A stretch of DNA of 64,000 nucleotides from Paraspadella gotoi (taxonomy: Eukaryota > Animalia > Chaetognatha): assembly GCA_051294375.1 (NCBI GenBank), contig CM119265.1, positions 11,285,818 through 11,349,817 of the forward strand. The letters run 5' to 3'. The notes under the pieces were generated by a model. That model ran no database searches. It was not told the DNA's origin and saw only the letters and a program-made list of their open reading frames with translations. Shown one piece after another: positions 1-13,836 of this stretch (positions are counted from its first letter, which is position 1; the number at the start of each line of letters is the position of its first letter). The translations under genes and the position numbers were made by a program.

Positions 1-505
1 TAATATCCAGCTCAATCACACACTTACCTATCCACACACAAAATTTCATTTAAATCCATCCATCCAATCACGAGTAATTGGTGTTTTTTTGTAAGGTGGG
101 ACGGACGGACGGACGGACACGACGGACGGCACGGACATCATTTTTTTTGCATAATTTATCATAATTCGATGTTCTGACATGATATAAGTGTGTGCCGACA
201 ATATTGAGGGGGCGACCGACGGACCGAAAAAGTGAGTTATAAAAAGTGAGTTATAGAGTCGGGATCTGCTGATAAGCAGATCGAGACCGTTTCGCCACGT
301 TATTTTTCATTGTGTCATAAAGCAAAAATGTTGAAAAAAAGGGGTAGAATTTTGATGGGTTCCTTAGATTTCTCCACAATGTGAGGTCCGATTAAAGCGA
401 AACTTGAGATTTACAATATTCCCGTCATTCCACATCTATCGATATAAAAATATAAGAAAAAAGCCACTGGCTTCTTTTTCTATAGCGGCTTCTTATTTTA
501 TCTAG

Positions 506-1199
506 AAATCTTCGCCAGCGCGGACACGGCTTACGTATTGGCCTATTCCATCATCATGCTAACGACCGATCTCCACAGTTCCAACGTCAAAAACAAGATG
601 ACCAAGGATCAGTACATCAAGATGAATCGTGGCATCAACGATTCCAAGGATTTGCCCGAGGCTTACCTCAGCGCCATCTACGACCAGATCAAGGGAGAGG
701 AGATAAAGCTCAAACAAAAGAACAAGGTGCGTCAATCCCGAAATCCCATGAAGATCTCGAATATTTTAATTCTCCTCTTTTCCTCAGGGCAAAGAGACGG
801 CGGTGATCACGACAGAGAAACAGCGTCGAATCCTCTATCACTCGGAGATGGAGCATATGGCGGCGACGTCCAAGGCGCTAATGGAGAGTTGCTCACATGT
901 CGTCGCAAATTTCACATCGGCGATGCATCACGAGCACGTTCGGCCCATGTTTAAGGTCAGTTTTAATGTCTCCGACCGACGTTTTAGATGCCCTGATTTT
1001 TCCGCTAAAATTCAAAACAAACTTGTCAATGTGATTATTCTCTCAGCTGTGTTGGACTCCTTTTCTCGCGGCCTTCAGCGTCGGGTTACAGGACTGCGAC
1101 GATCCGGAAATCGCAAATCTTTGCCTGGACGGCATTCGTTGCGCCATAAGAATCGCCTGCATCTTTCACATGGAACTTGAGAGAGACGCTTTCGTTCAG
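506..1199 (+). CDS. ARFGEF1: BIG1/BIG2-type Arf-GEF, internal exon block 2 (exons 506-726, 788-955, 1047-1199): end of the Sec7 domain and start of HDS1
   Basis: Spliced translation (E)[51 protein letters not shown]...[16 protein letters not shown]...[26 protein letters not shown]...[20 protein letters not shown] matches the BIG1/2 family. GT-AG introns with consistent phases. The following exons were not found in the window. Confidence 0.95.
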
Positions 1200-4100
1200 G
1201 TTTACTAATGGGGATGGATAGGAGCCGACGTCGTTCTTAGAGATCGAGAAAGATTTTTTCAATGGAGATTTTTGTACAAATCTGACTACCAAACAATATA
1301 AACGCTCCTGGGAAAAATTCCGGTAAAAAATTGATGTAAAAACAGCGGAATTATAAGTTTGTAAGAGGAAGTCAGAATCGGCGAAAATCTTAAAAGGCGA
1401 GAATGTTGAAAAAAGGGAGAGGAATTTAGGTTGTTTTTGGTCTATTTCTTCTAAATCCACAGGCCAATTTAGACGTAACTTAAGATTTACATTATTCCAG
1501 TCATTCTCTAATCTCTATCCAAAAATATAAAAATATTATGAAAAAAGGTTTGGGATCGACTATAGGAATTTGGTTCTAGTTATTAAATATGTTTTGTTTA
1601 CGTTTTATCAAAACAAACAAATTTTCTCTCTTTTTTTTATATTATTTTTATATTTTTTTCTCTCTCTCTTTTCTCTTTTAATTACATATCTCTCTCCCTC
1701 TCTCTTTTCTCTTTTTCGAGTCTGCAGCTGGCTCTGCAGGGGCTTATTCTTTTTCTCTCTTTTCTCCTGCTGCTTCTGCTGCTGCCTTTTGAATTCTTTC
1801 TTTTTTTCTGGGTGCCTCTGCTGCTGCCACTGCTGATTCGTCCGAAAACGATGTGGCTTCTCTCTCTCTCTCTATCTCTCTCTCTCTGCGTTTTAATTAA
1901 AAAAAAAATTTATGGTTCCAAATGAAAATCTTATATAAGACACAATGAAAAATGGCGTAACGTTACTGTTCCGTGCATAAAAAAAATTCACTGTTCAATA
2001 TTATTATATTTCTTTTTATTTTTTGAAACATTATAGTTTCATATGTTGATATCCAAAATATCAATGCAAACTCTTTTTTTGTTTTTTAGATATGACTGAA
2101 TATAGGGTGAAAGATGATAAATTTTTTTAAAAAGTTACTTATTCATATTTATTCGTAGAATTATAATAAAAAAAAATAAAAAAAATAATAATACTAATAG
2201 TTAGTGTTATGTCTCAAATAGATGGAAAAAAAACCTCATTTAAAAATTCGATCGGGAAGTGGGGTAACTAAGGCTTACCAATGGCATCCTCCACGCCGAT
2301 TGTTCTCTCAAATAATTTTTTTATTTAATACATTTGAAAGGGAAAAAAGAAAATTTGGAATGCAGGTTGCAGAAAGGGTACAGATAATCTGGACTTTTTG
2401 ACATGATAACCATGACCTTTTATATCTTGTAAAATGGGGGCAGTAAAGAAATCTAAAAAATTTCATCATTAAGTCAGTCAATGAACCCTTTCCAATGGGC
2501 TATTACGAGAAATATTTTTTCTTAATTAAAATGGATGATAAATAATAAAATTAAATTCCTTGCTATATTTAAAAAAAAATTATCAATACAATTTAACACA
2601 ATGATGTTTTGCTTTGTCAAATATGTTACCAGCTATATAATTTTTTACAACTTTATTATGATAAACAAGCAGTTTGTCAAGCTTTTAGTTTGCAGCTAAA
2701 GATAATAAAAAATGACGATTTTTTTCACAGACAAGAAGGTAGATGTCCAGACTGTTTATATCAAGCTGAAAACATTTTGTATTTATCATTTTTAATATTT
2801 AAAAATACATTTTATCAAGCTACAATATAAATTTTTGCTTGTTTTTTACTTTAACTGAAAAATATAAGCAATTTTATGGAATAAAGAAAATTTAATAATA
2901 AACAAAATGTAATTCAGTCTTTCCTTTTTCAAATTACAAAAGAAAAAGAAAAAATTTCATATGCCTTCATTGAAATTATTAAAGCAAAAAACTGTTATAC
3001 TTTTAACTCTGATTTAAACAAAAGCTGTGTAAAGATTTATGGATTTAATTTAATAAAACTCTTTTAGAAAGGTGTCCCATGATTAGGGCTTTAATTTGAT
3101 ACCACATCCACCTTGCTACCTCTTTTCTTTCAAAAGTTATTTAAAAAAATAACTTTTTTTAAATTACGCAGTACAAATCTTTGTTAAATAAAAATTTCGG
3201 CAAAGCGGGAGTATCTCACTTATTTCTATTGGTACAATACTTAAATTTCAAAATAAAACTTGAAGAAATTTTTTTTGTCATTTAGAGACATATCACTTTC
3301 AGATGTACCCATCGTATAATAATTTATTTATTTATTTCCCCAAAAAAGCCTAATTAGAAAAGTTGAAATTTTTTCAAATTGTGGAAAAAAAATTTTGTCC
3401 GACCTATGCTCATTGAGAATAATGGTTTTGCATAGGAAATCAAAATATCAAAAAAATAAAAAAATCAGCCTCTAGAAAAATCGAAAGGCTAGAGGCTGAT
3501 TTTTTTAGAATTGCAAAAATTTTTTCCTGACTCATAATCCATTATTCTCAAGTTTCAAATTATTTTTTCCAAAATCATTCAATCAATTTTTTTTATTAAT
3601 TTAAAATGTTTTTATGATGTTGTTTTGTTTGAAAGAATTGAAAAAAAGTGAAAAATATAGTAATTATATAAGGTTTTTGAAAATACCTTTAAAATATTAA
3701 ATAATTAGACACAAGGGGAGTAAGCAGAGAAAACTTCCCATTCATAAAGAAAATTGAAAATGAATTTGTCATATTGTTATTTAGATTAATTAACTATTTA
3801 CAAACATATGATTCATATAAATTGAGGAAATGATGGGTAAAAAATATTCATCTTGGTCTCGGTTAACTATTAAGTTATCATTAAAGTTTTGTTTTAATAA
3901 TATTAATATTTTTTTTGCATTTATAAAAGCAATGATCTAAAATTTTGTAAGCGTTTCGAGCTATATTGCTTTATCTTTTTTACTATTTTTGATCTAGTTA
4001 GCTTTTTTGTTGATGGTCAAGGGTTATGGTCAGATACAGTAATGTCCAGTAGTGTATATCGCACATATTACCAAAAGTAATGATTAATTAATTTGGCTCA

Positions 4101-5292
4101 GAAACAATTTTAAAGGATAAAATCAGCACATTCAACATTTTTCTAATAGAGATTTCCGTTAAAATCTGAATACCCAAATTGCAAACGAGATTTACAGAAA
4201 TTCGGGTAAAAAACAGTTGTAAAAACACACGATTCCGATAGCATTATATCTTAAGAGCTACCCAAATTCGTCTTATGGCATTTGATAAAGGATTTAATAT
4301 CCAACAAGCCAGGGGAAATGCACTAGTCATCTCCGGAGAATTTTCAAACCTTGTTTTTACTATAGAAATGAACGGGAAATTTTGCTTTTTGAAAATTGTA
4401 AACGGGGCTAGGGTATGTTAACATTATAAATATTACTTTGAATTATAAGATTTAGAAAGCCTCTTGTCTCAAGAGCTTGCCAAATTTTTCTTTTCATTAT
4501 TGACCGAACTCATAGTAAACCAACGTGGTAAAGTCCATTGGTCTGGTTTGACAACATGAAATTTTTATTTAATAAGAAATTAAAAGGAAGGTTGAGAGAA
4601 AAAACTGATTAGTACCAAAATGAAGCCATAATCATAAGGCACATACAAGATACAATTTTAGAATTACTTTTGCTGAAACCTCCTTACAGGGTGAGTGTCA
4701 AACTAAGTCAAAATTATAATGAATTTTAAAACTATTGACACCCCATAAGAATAAATGAAAATTAAATTCTTTTTAATGATTCTGAGAGAAAAAAGGCTAA
4801 ATTGTACTCTAGTAAAACTTAAAAAGTTTTTTGGATAAAGAAAATAATTGCTTGTCTGATTTTACAAGCATGCTTACAAAATTTTACAAAATATTATTCA
4901 CCCCATCACAGTCTAAGTATTTATCTTTCTTTTCCACCAGCAAAAAGTAAACATTATCTTATTTTAGAGAACAGTGACGTTTACTGAAAGAAGCCAGAAG
5001 ATGTTCAACTTCTTCACTTTAATGTTAGTTTTCAATAATAAAATGGGCAAATTTTTTAATTACTCAACTTTCACAAGCTTCACAAGACTTTCACAATATC
5101 CCAATGTTAATGTAATGTATTATATTTTTTTACCTAGAAATTATAAAAGATTAGAAAGTTGTGGATTCCTTTCGCTCGTTAAAGGGAAAAAAATTAACGA
5201 GCGGAATTATAAGTTTGTAAGAGGCAGTCAGAATCGGCGCTCGTTCTATTTTTCTTTTTATTATTGACCAATTTTTTCATATTAAACCAACC

Positions 5293-6734
5293 TGGTATGG
5301 TGGACTAAAATCCACCAACCGTTCATCAGCGGCCATTGGTGCCGGAGGCAAGTCGGTTGCCTCCCAACCCAAAGGTCCGGGGTTCTAGCCCGGTGGCCGC
5401 CTAGCAGTTAAGAGGGACAGGGCGCTTAACCCGCCTGTAACACGGTGTTACAGCCTGATCCGAAGCTCAGGGACTGCTTATATTGACCGGTTCTGTCACT
5501 AACACCACAATAATTACTGTCTCTTTATTGGTGAGCCCGACTTCCGAACACAACAGCAACCAACAACACTCAGGCGACAAGCCTCAACCTGGCGATGCAC
5601 TTTCCGCCAACAACACATCAGGCGACATGCCTCAACTTGGTGACGCACTTTCCACCACTAACAATTCACTGAAGAGACGCAACAGACTTCTCCCTACGGG
5701 AGGGGGGGGATGTATGGTGGACTAAAATCCACCAACCGTTCATCAGCGGCCATTGGTGCCGGAGGCAAGTCAGTTGCCTCCCAACCCAAAGGTCCGGGGT
5801 TCTAGCCCGGTGGCACTATCATCAAAATAATTTTTTTTCTCGGAAAAAGTGTAGTCCATCATACAAAAATATATATGCTTTTAATTAATTAGGGACTGTC
5901 ATCGGAAACCTCTCAAGCAATATCAGTTGTCAAAAATCATTTCTTTAGGAGATATAAAGGCTTTTCTCTATTTCAGACTCACTTTGTCGAGCTATATTCC
6001 AGGAACTTTATGATGAATTTACTTTTTTTTTTAAATATTGATAATCAACTGGATACCAAGCATGGATTAAATACAATTTGTTCTAAAAAGGTTTTACTGT
6101 ATCTGAGTTTTTGAAAACTAGCTTAAAATATAAAGGGAATCATGGGGAATCACTACCATTCTAATTAAATATAATGATTGATATTATAACGCACTTGATG
6201 TGTTCGGGATTTCATCCGCAACGATCCGCAAAATGAGTAATGCCAAAATGATTTTCAAATTAATTTTTTTTCTAACACCCCGATAAGAACCATTTACTAA
6301 GTAAATTATTTTTTTAACTGCGATTTTAAAGTGGTTTAACTTATTGAATCATTTTTTTCTCTTTAAAATTTCATTTTACCGTATTTGAGAGGTAAAATAA
6401 TTAAATAAAGCCAAAAAACTCTGCTTAGCGTTTAATTCATCTTTAGGAAACGTAAAAAATAAAATGAAACATTTTTGTCCTTTTTGGAAATATAAAAATT
6501 TATGGGAATAACCTCTAAAGTTTTCAAGAATTACTCGTGTTAAGCTATCCGAATATGTCATTAGTATAATTTTTCCGATTTTAACGTTCACTTCGATCAT
6601 AGTGGGTAGCTGTTAAGAGGGACGGGGCGCTTAACCCGCCTGTAACACGGTGTTACAGCCTGATCCGAAGCTCAGGGACTGCTTATATTGAACGGTTCTG
6701 TCACTAACAAATAACAATAATTACTGTCTCTTCA
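5293..6734 (+). mobile_element. TRIM (miniature non-autonomous LTR element) with a tRNA-like sequence in its LTRs. 5' LTR 5293-5527, PBS at 5529, PPT ~5698-5710, 3' LTR 5711-5813 plus 6605-6734
   Basis: Direct repeats TG...CA. PBS tggtgagcccgac resembles the tRNA-Trp PBS. Polypurine tract gggagggggggga sits immediately before the 3' LTR. Confidence 0.8.
5814..6604. mobile_element. Non-autonomous DNA transposon with CACTA-type termini, inserted in the 3' LTR
   Basis: Imperfect TIR cactatcatcaaa / ttcgatcatagtg, flanked by GG or ggtgg/ggtag. CMC or Transib-like. Confidence 0.6.
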
Positions 6735-6829
6735 ATGGTAAAGTGAATTGGTCCAGTTTTCATCGCGAAATTTTTATTTAAAAAGAAATTAAAAGGAAGG
6801 TTGAGTAGACGAGAATCTTGCTTAAAAAA

Positions 6830-6938
6830 AATAGTTGTGGAAGATATCTCAAAACAAAATGTTCAATTTTACAATGAAAAAAACCCAATGGTTATTTTAA
6901 AACAAGAGGATGAGATCAAACAAGAGGTTGATTTTTGA
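6830..6938 (+). CDS. ZnF-C piece E: terminal codons IVVEDISKQNVQFYNEKNPMVILKQEDEIKQEVDF* followed by 3' UTR
   Basis: The same sequence directly follows piece D in copy 2 (39445-39526). The ending resembles ZnF-A EIKEEVDYGY*. Confidence 0.75.
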
Positions 6939-8845
6939 ATTAAAAAATGAAAAAATATAACAATGATTGAACTTGTTATTTCCTGTTTTATTGATATCAT
7001 TGCCATCTTTTTTTAAATGCAATATTTATTTCAATATGAAAATTTTGTTTATGACGCTTTCATTCGTTTTTCTGAATGAAAGACTTATTTTAATGATATA
7101 GTTTTGTGCCTTTATTATCATTATATTCTTTTCTGACCAACCAAAACATTTTTAGACCCGAAATGATATGTTTTATGGATTCGTCTGATAAAGAGCAGAT
7201 TGGTGCCCATTTCATTTTTTTAAAAATACAGTACGGGGTGGATCAAGAGCGTTAAAGTGCCACGATGGTCAAATATCAGTTTTTAAGGTTTTTATTCATT
7301 TTATAAAGAAAAAAATTATTTTAATATACTTTTTAATATTTTTACCCAAGAAAATATAAAAATAAACATGAACATTTATATTTTTATTAGTACTAATCTT
7401 ATCAAACTAAAACTAATACTAAAAAAGATCATTTCCGTTTTTCAGCCTCAAAATACTTTACTTTCCTGGTTTTGCAAACTCTAAAAACCGGAGCAGAAAG
7501 ATTATGCACAATTATTGCTTAATTTTCAAAAAATCTTTTTGCAATAGCTTTGGAATTCTCTTGGTCGCGGGTTATGCGACCATGATAATCCAAAGTTAAT
7601 TTTCCTGCTTTTTTGGCAGCATATTTATGCTCAAAAATCTGTTGAAAAAGCAGAACTTATCGCAATCGTCCTAGGGTCTTTACGGGAATTGAGAGAAAGG
7701 TTGGCTAAACTTAATATAACTTTTAATATTCAATATATATACTTTATAAACAAGTTTGAGCAAACAATGTCGGATCTGCCCACGATCATTATCGGTAATT
7801 TAATAATTAATTAATAATTAATTACAGTTAATTAATTAATTAGTCAATTAACTTGATCCGAAATGTTTTTGATTGATTAATTGACTGATAAATTAATAAT
7901 TGATTAATTAATTGATTAATTTATTAATTAACTGATTAATTATTGGATTAATTTATACATCTTGCATTTACATTTATTATGAAAAAAAAAGAAGCATAAT
8001 CAATTAGTGAAACAGGTTTTTTTTTTCCATTTAAACTCATTTCCACTCAAACGATTCCATCCAAACTTCATATCCAGCTCAATCACACACTTCCCTAACC
8101 ACATACAAAATTTCATTCCAATCCATCCATTTTTTGTTAAGGTGGGACGGACGGACGGACATCATTTTTTTTTAATAATTTATCATAATTCGATGTTCTG
8201 ACATGAAATAAGTTAATGCCCGACAAGATTGAGGGGGCGGACCGACGGACCGACAAAGTGAATTATAGAGTGAATTAAAAATTGCAAGGTTACTTGTTTT
8301 ACACTCCTGTGAAAAAAAGAGGTCACTCTTGAATTGCGCACGTTATATGCATAATTGCATATATTAGTTATGAAAGATAAATGTAGGTTTTTAAAAAGGG
8401 AATCCAAACATATAAATTTTTAAAAAATTGGTCCAGCTGTTCAATAGCACCTAAAAGACGAGTGGTTAAAAACAATAAGGGGAAAAAAACTATTTTTGTA
8501 GATCTGCAATAAAACCAACGCTTCTTTTCAACCTTTACTTACTGGCATTGTATTAACGTTTTAGAAAAAATTAAAATAGTAAATCTAGATCTATATTAAT
8601 TAAAAAAATTAGTTTTATTATTCAAATTCCAAGGTACCTTAGATATGCATGGTTGAAAATATATCAATTATCTTCTGTTTAAACGCTCCATTTAAGTAGT
8701 TAGTATATTCTGATAGTGATACATGCCAGGTAAAGTTTTTTTTTTTAAATAGAAAATATATAAGTATGTTTCCTTTCTTTTCGTTGTTTGAGAGAATTAG
8801 AGACAGTTTGAGTTTAATTTTGACAACGATTTTATTTTATTGTAA

Positions 8846-8887
8846 AACAGACATGTTTCTGCTTTATTTCAAGCCTTCATCAGCGTT
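8846..8887 (-). ncRNA. Minimal type I hammerhead ribozyme (PLE pseudo-LTR)
   Basis: Minus strand reads aacg-CTGATGA-ag-gctt-gaaata-aagc-a-GAAA-catGTC^tgtt, with a palindromic ACATGT stem III. Confidence 0.7.
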
Positions 8888-9875
8888 AATGTGAATTTGG
8901 AAAATATGCCAAGGGGGGCCAATTTTGAGCTCTATCTTAATTCTTCAATTTCACTTTATTACTTATTAACTCATCTCTCAAATCTATCCTTTCAAATTTC
9001 TGTTTCACTCTCACTCATTATTAAGTAGATTAATTAGAGATGCGCATCGTTCGAATCGAAGCTCCGATCAAGATTCCTTTATATTTCACTTCTATTCAAA
9101 ACTGTATAGTCATGGCCCAAACAAATTATGTCAATATGGGCAGATTTCGAAAGCTTGGCGTCTTGGGAAGCCAATGGAGGTAGAGCGCGATCGAAATTCC
9201 CATTTTATCATGCCCAAAAATGGTATTTAAATGGATTGGTCAGGCCGTTTTTTCCCTATTCCAAGAAAACCTCCTGGCTCTTAAATAAAAAAGACAAAAT
9301 CATACATATCAGTACAGTTTCCGAAACCTTATTGTCTTCTCTACAAAATGAAAAAAAGAAAAATTATAATTCTTGCAATCTTAATTGCTTGATAAAGCAA
9401 TCAAATGAACTGGTTTTTTAGGTGAAAACTGCATAGTCAAGCCTTGATTTTTTTCAATTTTGAACACAATTGACAGAAACTGTATTGATTTTACTATTCA
9501 AATCAGGTAGAGCGCGGGCTTAATTCAAAAGCGTTTTATCAATATAATGCAAATTTAAAAAAGTCCAATAAAAACTCATTAAAACAAAAATCGTCGCACA
9601 GTGTTGCTTGTGAGTCCCAAATGCTAGAAAAATATTTTTTTTAATTTTTATATTATTATATAATATATAAGAATATTTATATAAATATAATTATAGTATT
9701 AAGAATAAACTTATTCAATCCGAGAAAGGTAAAAAATATATATATAAAAAATAATATTTTACAATAAAATTAGCTAATTTTTCCAAACTGTGACAATTTC
9801 TTTTTTTATTATGGTATAATTAAATTAGAGAATTGACAAAGTTTTTGTTTGCAACAAATTTTATTTATAGTTTAA

Positions 9876-9914
9876 GACATGTTTCGACTTGTTTTACAAG
9901 TCTTCATCAGCGTT
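9876..9914 (-). ncRNA. Minimal hammerhead ribozyme core
   Basis: CTGATGA-a-gacttgt-aaa-acaagtc-GAAA-catGTC. Stem II is perfect; stem I is disrupted. Confidence 0.7.
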
Positions 9915-10299
9915 TTGACAGAATGGTTTAAAATTTGTGCATAAGAAGAGAGAGAAAGAATAGGGTAAAAGTTTTCCAACAAAGTGGTGAGACAGAATAG
10001 TGGTCAGATGAGAGGACAGGTCAAGGTGAGGACAGATTGAATAAGTTGTGAAAAGAAGTGAAACTTAGAGAGAGAGAGAGAGAGAGAGAGAGAACAGGGA
10101 TAAATAAATAATAAATGATACATTGTGCAATGTACAATAAAGATAAATGTTTTGAAACTAAAATTAGTAAAATTTAACAATTGTCTAGTGGATAAATAGT
10201 TCAGGGATAGAAAGTGAAAAATGAAATGAAATTTGTAAAAAATAAAATATGAGAATTTTAAGTGTTAAGTAAATGATTAAAATGAAATTTAAGGAGTAA

Positions 10300-10945
10300 G
10301 AAAGAGCTCAAAATGAGCTGGCCCCCCTTGGTTTATGCAAATGAAGGGCATGGACGATGGTAACGGGTCATTGGCGCGTCAGTGGCTGAGAGGAGAGTGT
10401 TACTGAACCGGTAAATTCTGTACCGGGGATTGTACCAGGCGGAAAAATTCCCAATGCCACTCTTATGTCTCTCTGACCTGATACGCCTGCCGGCTGCCCT
10501 CTTCTCGCCTGCTGGCGAGGCGGGCGATTGTCTATTTTTGCCGCTTTTGCGACAGGGATGATACTCCTCTCCTTCCTCCTGAAGCCGTCGTTTTGGGCGG
10601 CGCTCAGTCCACAGAGAGAGGGACTGAGTTGTTGCATTTGAAGGAGTGGCATAGTTTGCCCATTGCCTGCGTATGGGTCTCCGCCTGTCTCGTTGAGTGG
10701 AGACGGGGGGAATCATTGTGCGGTCGTGGTGGTGGCGGGGCCTCCACCACGCTTTTGATAAGCGAATCATAGCTTGGAGGGAGGTCGAATCGTCCTCCAT
10801 CACGGTTCAAAGAGGGCTCGAGGGCTTTGATGTAGACTGCCTCTCTAATACCTCTTAAGAACCAGTTTGGGTCATGGGACAGCACGAGACAGTCTGAATC
10901 TCTGAACAAATGGCCTGTTTCTGCTGAATGCTCAGCTATTGCGGT
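10300..10945 (-). mobile_element. Penelope-like retroelement 3' remnant (C-terminal part of the GIY-YIG endonuclease)
   Basis: TAIAEHSAETGH...VLSHDPNWFLRGIREAVYIKALEPSLNRDGG is typical of the PLE endonuclease end. Flanked by hammerhead-bearing repeats; an inverted copy of its 3' flank lies near 8910. Confidence 0.8.
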
Positions 10946-11377
10946 ATAATTAAAAAATATAAGATTAAAATAAAATTTTAATTTTAATAAAATATAATAA
11001 TCATTATAAATATAATAAATCAAAAAAATTTTGAAATTTTTTTTATTTTGATAATAATAATAAAATAATAATAATAAATAATATATAAATTTTTATTTTT
11101 TAATTTTATTTTTTTAATTATAATTATTAATTTTATTATTATTATTATTTTATGATTATTATATAATCTGATAATAATATATATTTCATTATAAAATAAT
11201 TTTATTTTATTTATTTAAAATTATACAAAATTACTTTTTAATTATTTTAATATTCAAATAAATTTTTTAAAAATTATTCTTATAATTAATAGCCATTGTA
11301 TTAATCCTTTCAGCTTCGTTGAGTTTAGAGATTTAAGCAAAGTTTAAAAATAATTTAATCAACGATTTTATTTGTGT

Positions 11378-11420
11378 ACGGACATGTTACGACTCTTTAT
11401 TTCGAGTCTTTATCAGCGTT
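11378..11420 (-). ncRNA. Degenerate hammerhead copy
   Basis: acg-CTGATAA-agactc...gagtc-GTAA-catGTC^cgt, with two core substitutions. Confidence 0.5.
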
Positions 11421-13836
11421 AATGAAACATCTACAAATTTGTGCAAAAGAATGGAGAGAGAGAAAAAAAAAAGAAAGAGGGGGTAAAAAAGTTTTCAACA
11501 CAAAGATAGTGGTTAAAAAATGAGTACAGTTTAAGTTGAGGACAGATCAGTTGTGAAAAGAAGTGAAATGGTCAATTGGTGAAAGAGAGAGAGATATAAT
11601 AATATATAATAAAAAAATATTTTTAACTGAACGGGATTTTTCTGAAAAATTCAGGCCCAGGATCTCACTGTGCGCATGTTCTAAAGCTTAGTACTACGCA
11701 TAGTACTAATCTTTGTTGGATCAAAAAGAGCTCGATTTTAAGCGAAAGTTGATCGGTTTGAAGAGCGATTTTTGCGATTGCTTTTTGGCGATTACTTTTG
11801 AACATATTGTCGGAATATGATGAAATTATGCATGTAGATAATGTTTGCAATTGTCTATCGAACGCTACCAAATTTGATATAAAACAATGAGTTGTTTAGA
11901 AACAATGCTCATCCCCAGATTAATTGTTAAATTTCACTAATATTCATCAGTTTAAAACTTTATTATTATTATGGCAGTGATTTCTATCGAGGAATTCAGC
12001 AAAAGAAACCACTTTTTTCAATATTGCTGGAATATTATCAACAAAATTGATTAAATTTGAACAAAGGCAAAGTGGGCTGGTCTACGGATTAATTGAAATC
12101 TGCTGCTGAATTTTCTAATCAAGAATCAATATCATTTTTGCTACTTTTAATAAAAAAAATTGTCCATTTTGACTTTTGTCTTGAGATTTGAACGCTAAGA
12201 TGGTTGGATAAAAACTTTTTACTCTTGCTTGTGGGTCCTTCTTATCTTCTTTACCTCTGAGTCGGTTCATTTGACGTTGGTCATCTATTGTTTGTCTATG
12301 AATTAATTTTTAAATTGAGTGGTCAAAAATTCACATTTTTTGTTTTTATTACAATTTGTTAAACAAAAATAGTTGAATTTACTGATAATTCTAAGCAAAT
12401 ATACCTTATCAACTGAGCTTCTGACACTTAAAAAAAAAAATTTTTAAGCCAACTTTTGTTTTGTGAGTTGCATTTTATTTGAACTAAAACACTGTTTTTA
12501 ACTCATTTTATACTTTTAACAGATGAGAAACAAATTAATGGTAACAAATTTTAAAAAACCGCATTCTTTTAATCAGGAATGCTGGAGGCGCTGAATTTTG
12601 CCCGCCTCCACTCCCCGCCTCCCCTCCCCGCCTCCCCAGACCCCCCTCGCCTCCGGTTTTGCGTTCGCCTCTCATTTTTTTAGCCCGGATCACCTCCGCG
12701 TTCGCCTCTTTAACGCCTCCGACTTTTTGTATAGTTTTGTATTTGATATTATTTTTTTAAAATTCAGATCAATGGGTCATGAAAAAACTTTCAATTTATG
12801 TTTAAAATTGATAAATCAATAAATAAATAAATAAATAAATTTGTTATTTTTAAATGTATATTAGTGTGATGTGAAAATGATAAAATTTTAGAAAATTAAA
12901 ATTTAGCATATAAAACATAAAAATAAAAACCAAGAAAAGTACTTTGGTAAATATATTTTTTAATTTTATACATTAGTGGCCACCAGTGAGCTATATTTAT
13001 ATATAGTAATAAGTATATTATAAGCTAAAATTTCAAAATGCAAATTTGTTAATAATTTTTTATAATTTTAACCTACTTTTTAAAAAATATTTATATTTTC
13101 TTTTATCAACTTTTAACGAGGAATCTGAATCTGTTCTCAGAATTTAAAAAAAACATTTTGAAATTTTGACATTATATAAGGGTAGTACTATATACAAAAT
13201 AAGCTGACTGGGCTACTATATTTATAAAAAAAAAACAAAAAAAACTACAGATTAGTATTCACTAATATGATAGTTTTCAAGATATATTTGTTAAATCTTG
13301 ATTCCAAACTTTCACTTCACCCTACTGAGTAAAGGGCAGTGGCCAGATGAGAGGACAGGTGAAGGTAAGGACAGAAGAAAAGTGAAAGAGAGAGAGAGAG
13401 AAAAATGATTACATTTGACAATGTACAACAAAGATAAAAATTTGGACAAACTTAGAAATTAGCTGAGATTTTGAATTATTAACAAAAGTTAAATAAGTTA
13501 GTAAGTAGTAATGAAAATTAAAATAGAGGAATAAGTGGTGAGGGATAGATAAGGTAAGAGTTTAGTGAAATATATAAGAGAAAAAATATATAAATATATT
13601 ATAATAAAAATAGAATGATAAGTAGCTTGGTTTAGAATAATTAAAAGGATTTGAGCTTTCAGACTTTGGTAACTAATCCTGTAATTAAGTTTTAACGTCT
13701 TTATTTTTAAAATCAAGTTGTTTTGAGTTTTAAGAATGTTTTTTTATAAAATTCAATAAAGTTTATGGTGTTATTTTCATAGTATACATTATAAATTTTA
13801 AAATTGCAGGTCGTTTTCTTTTTTACAGATTCCATT

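Noticed and set aside
5329-5400. Functional tRNA gene
   Set aside because: The D-arm and anticodon loop are non-canonical and the sequence is part of a duplicated LTR.
9598-11672. RSS-like heptamers cacagtg (~9598) and cactgtg (~11666)
   Set aside because: They face outward, no nonamer or TSD was found, and 7-mers can occur by chance.
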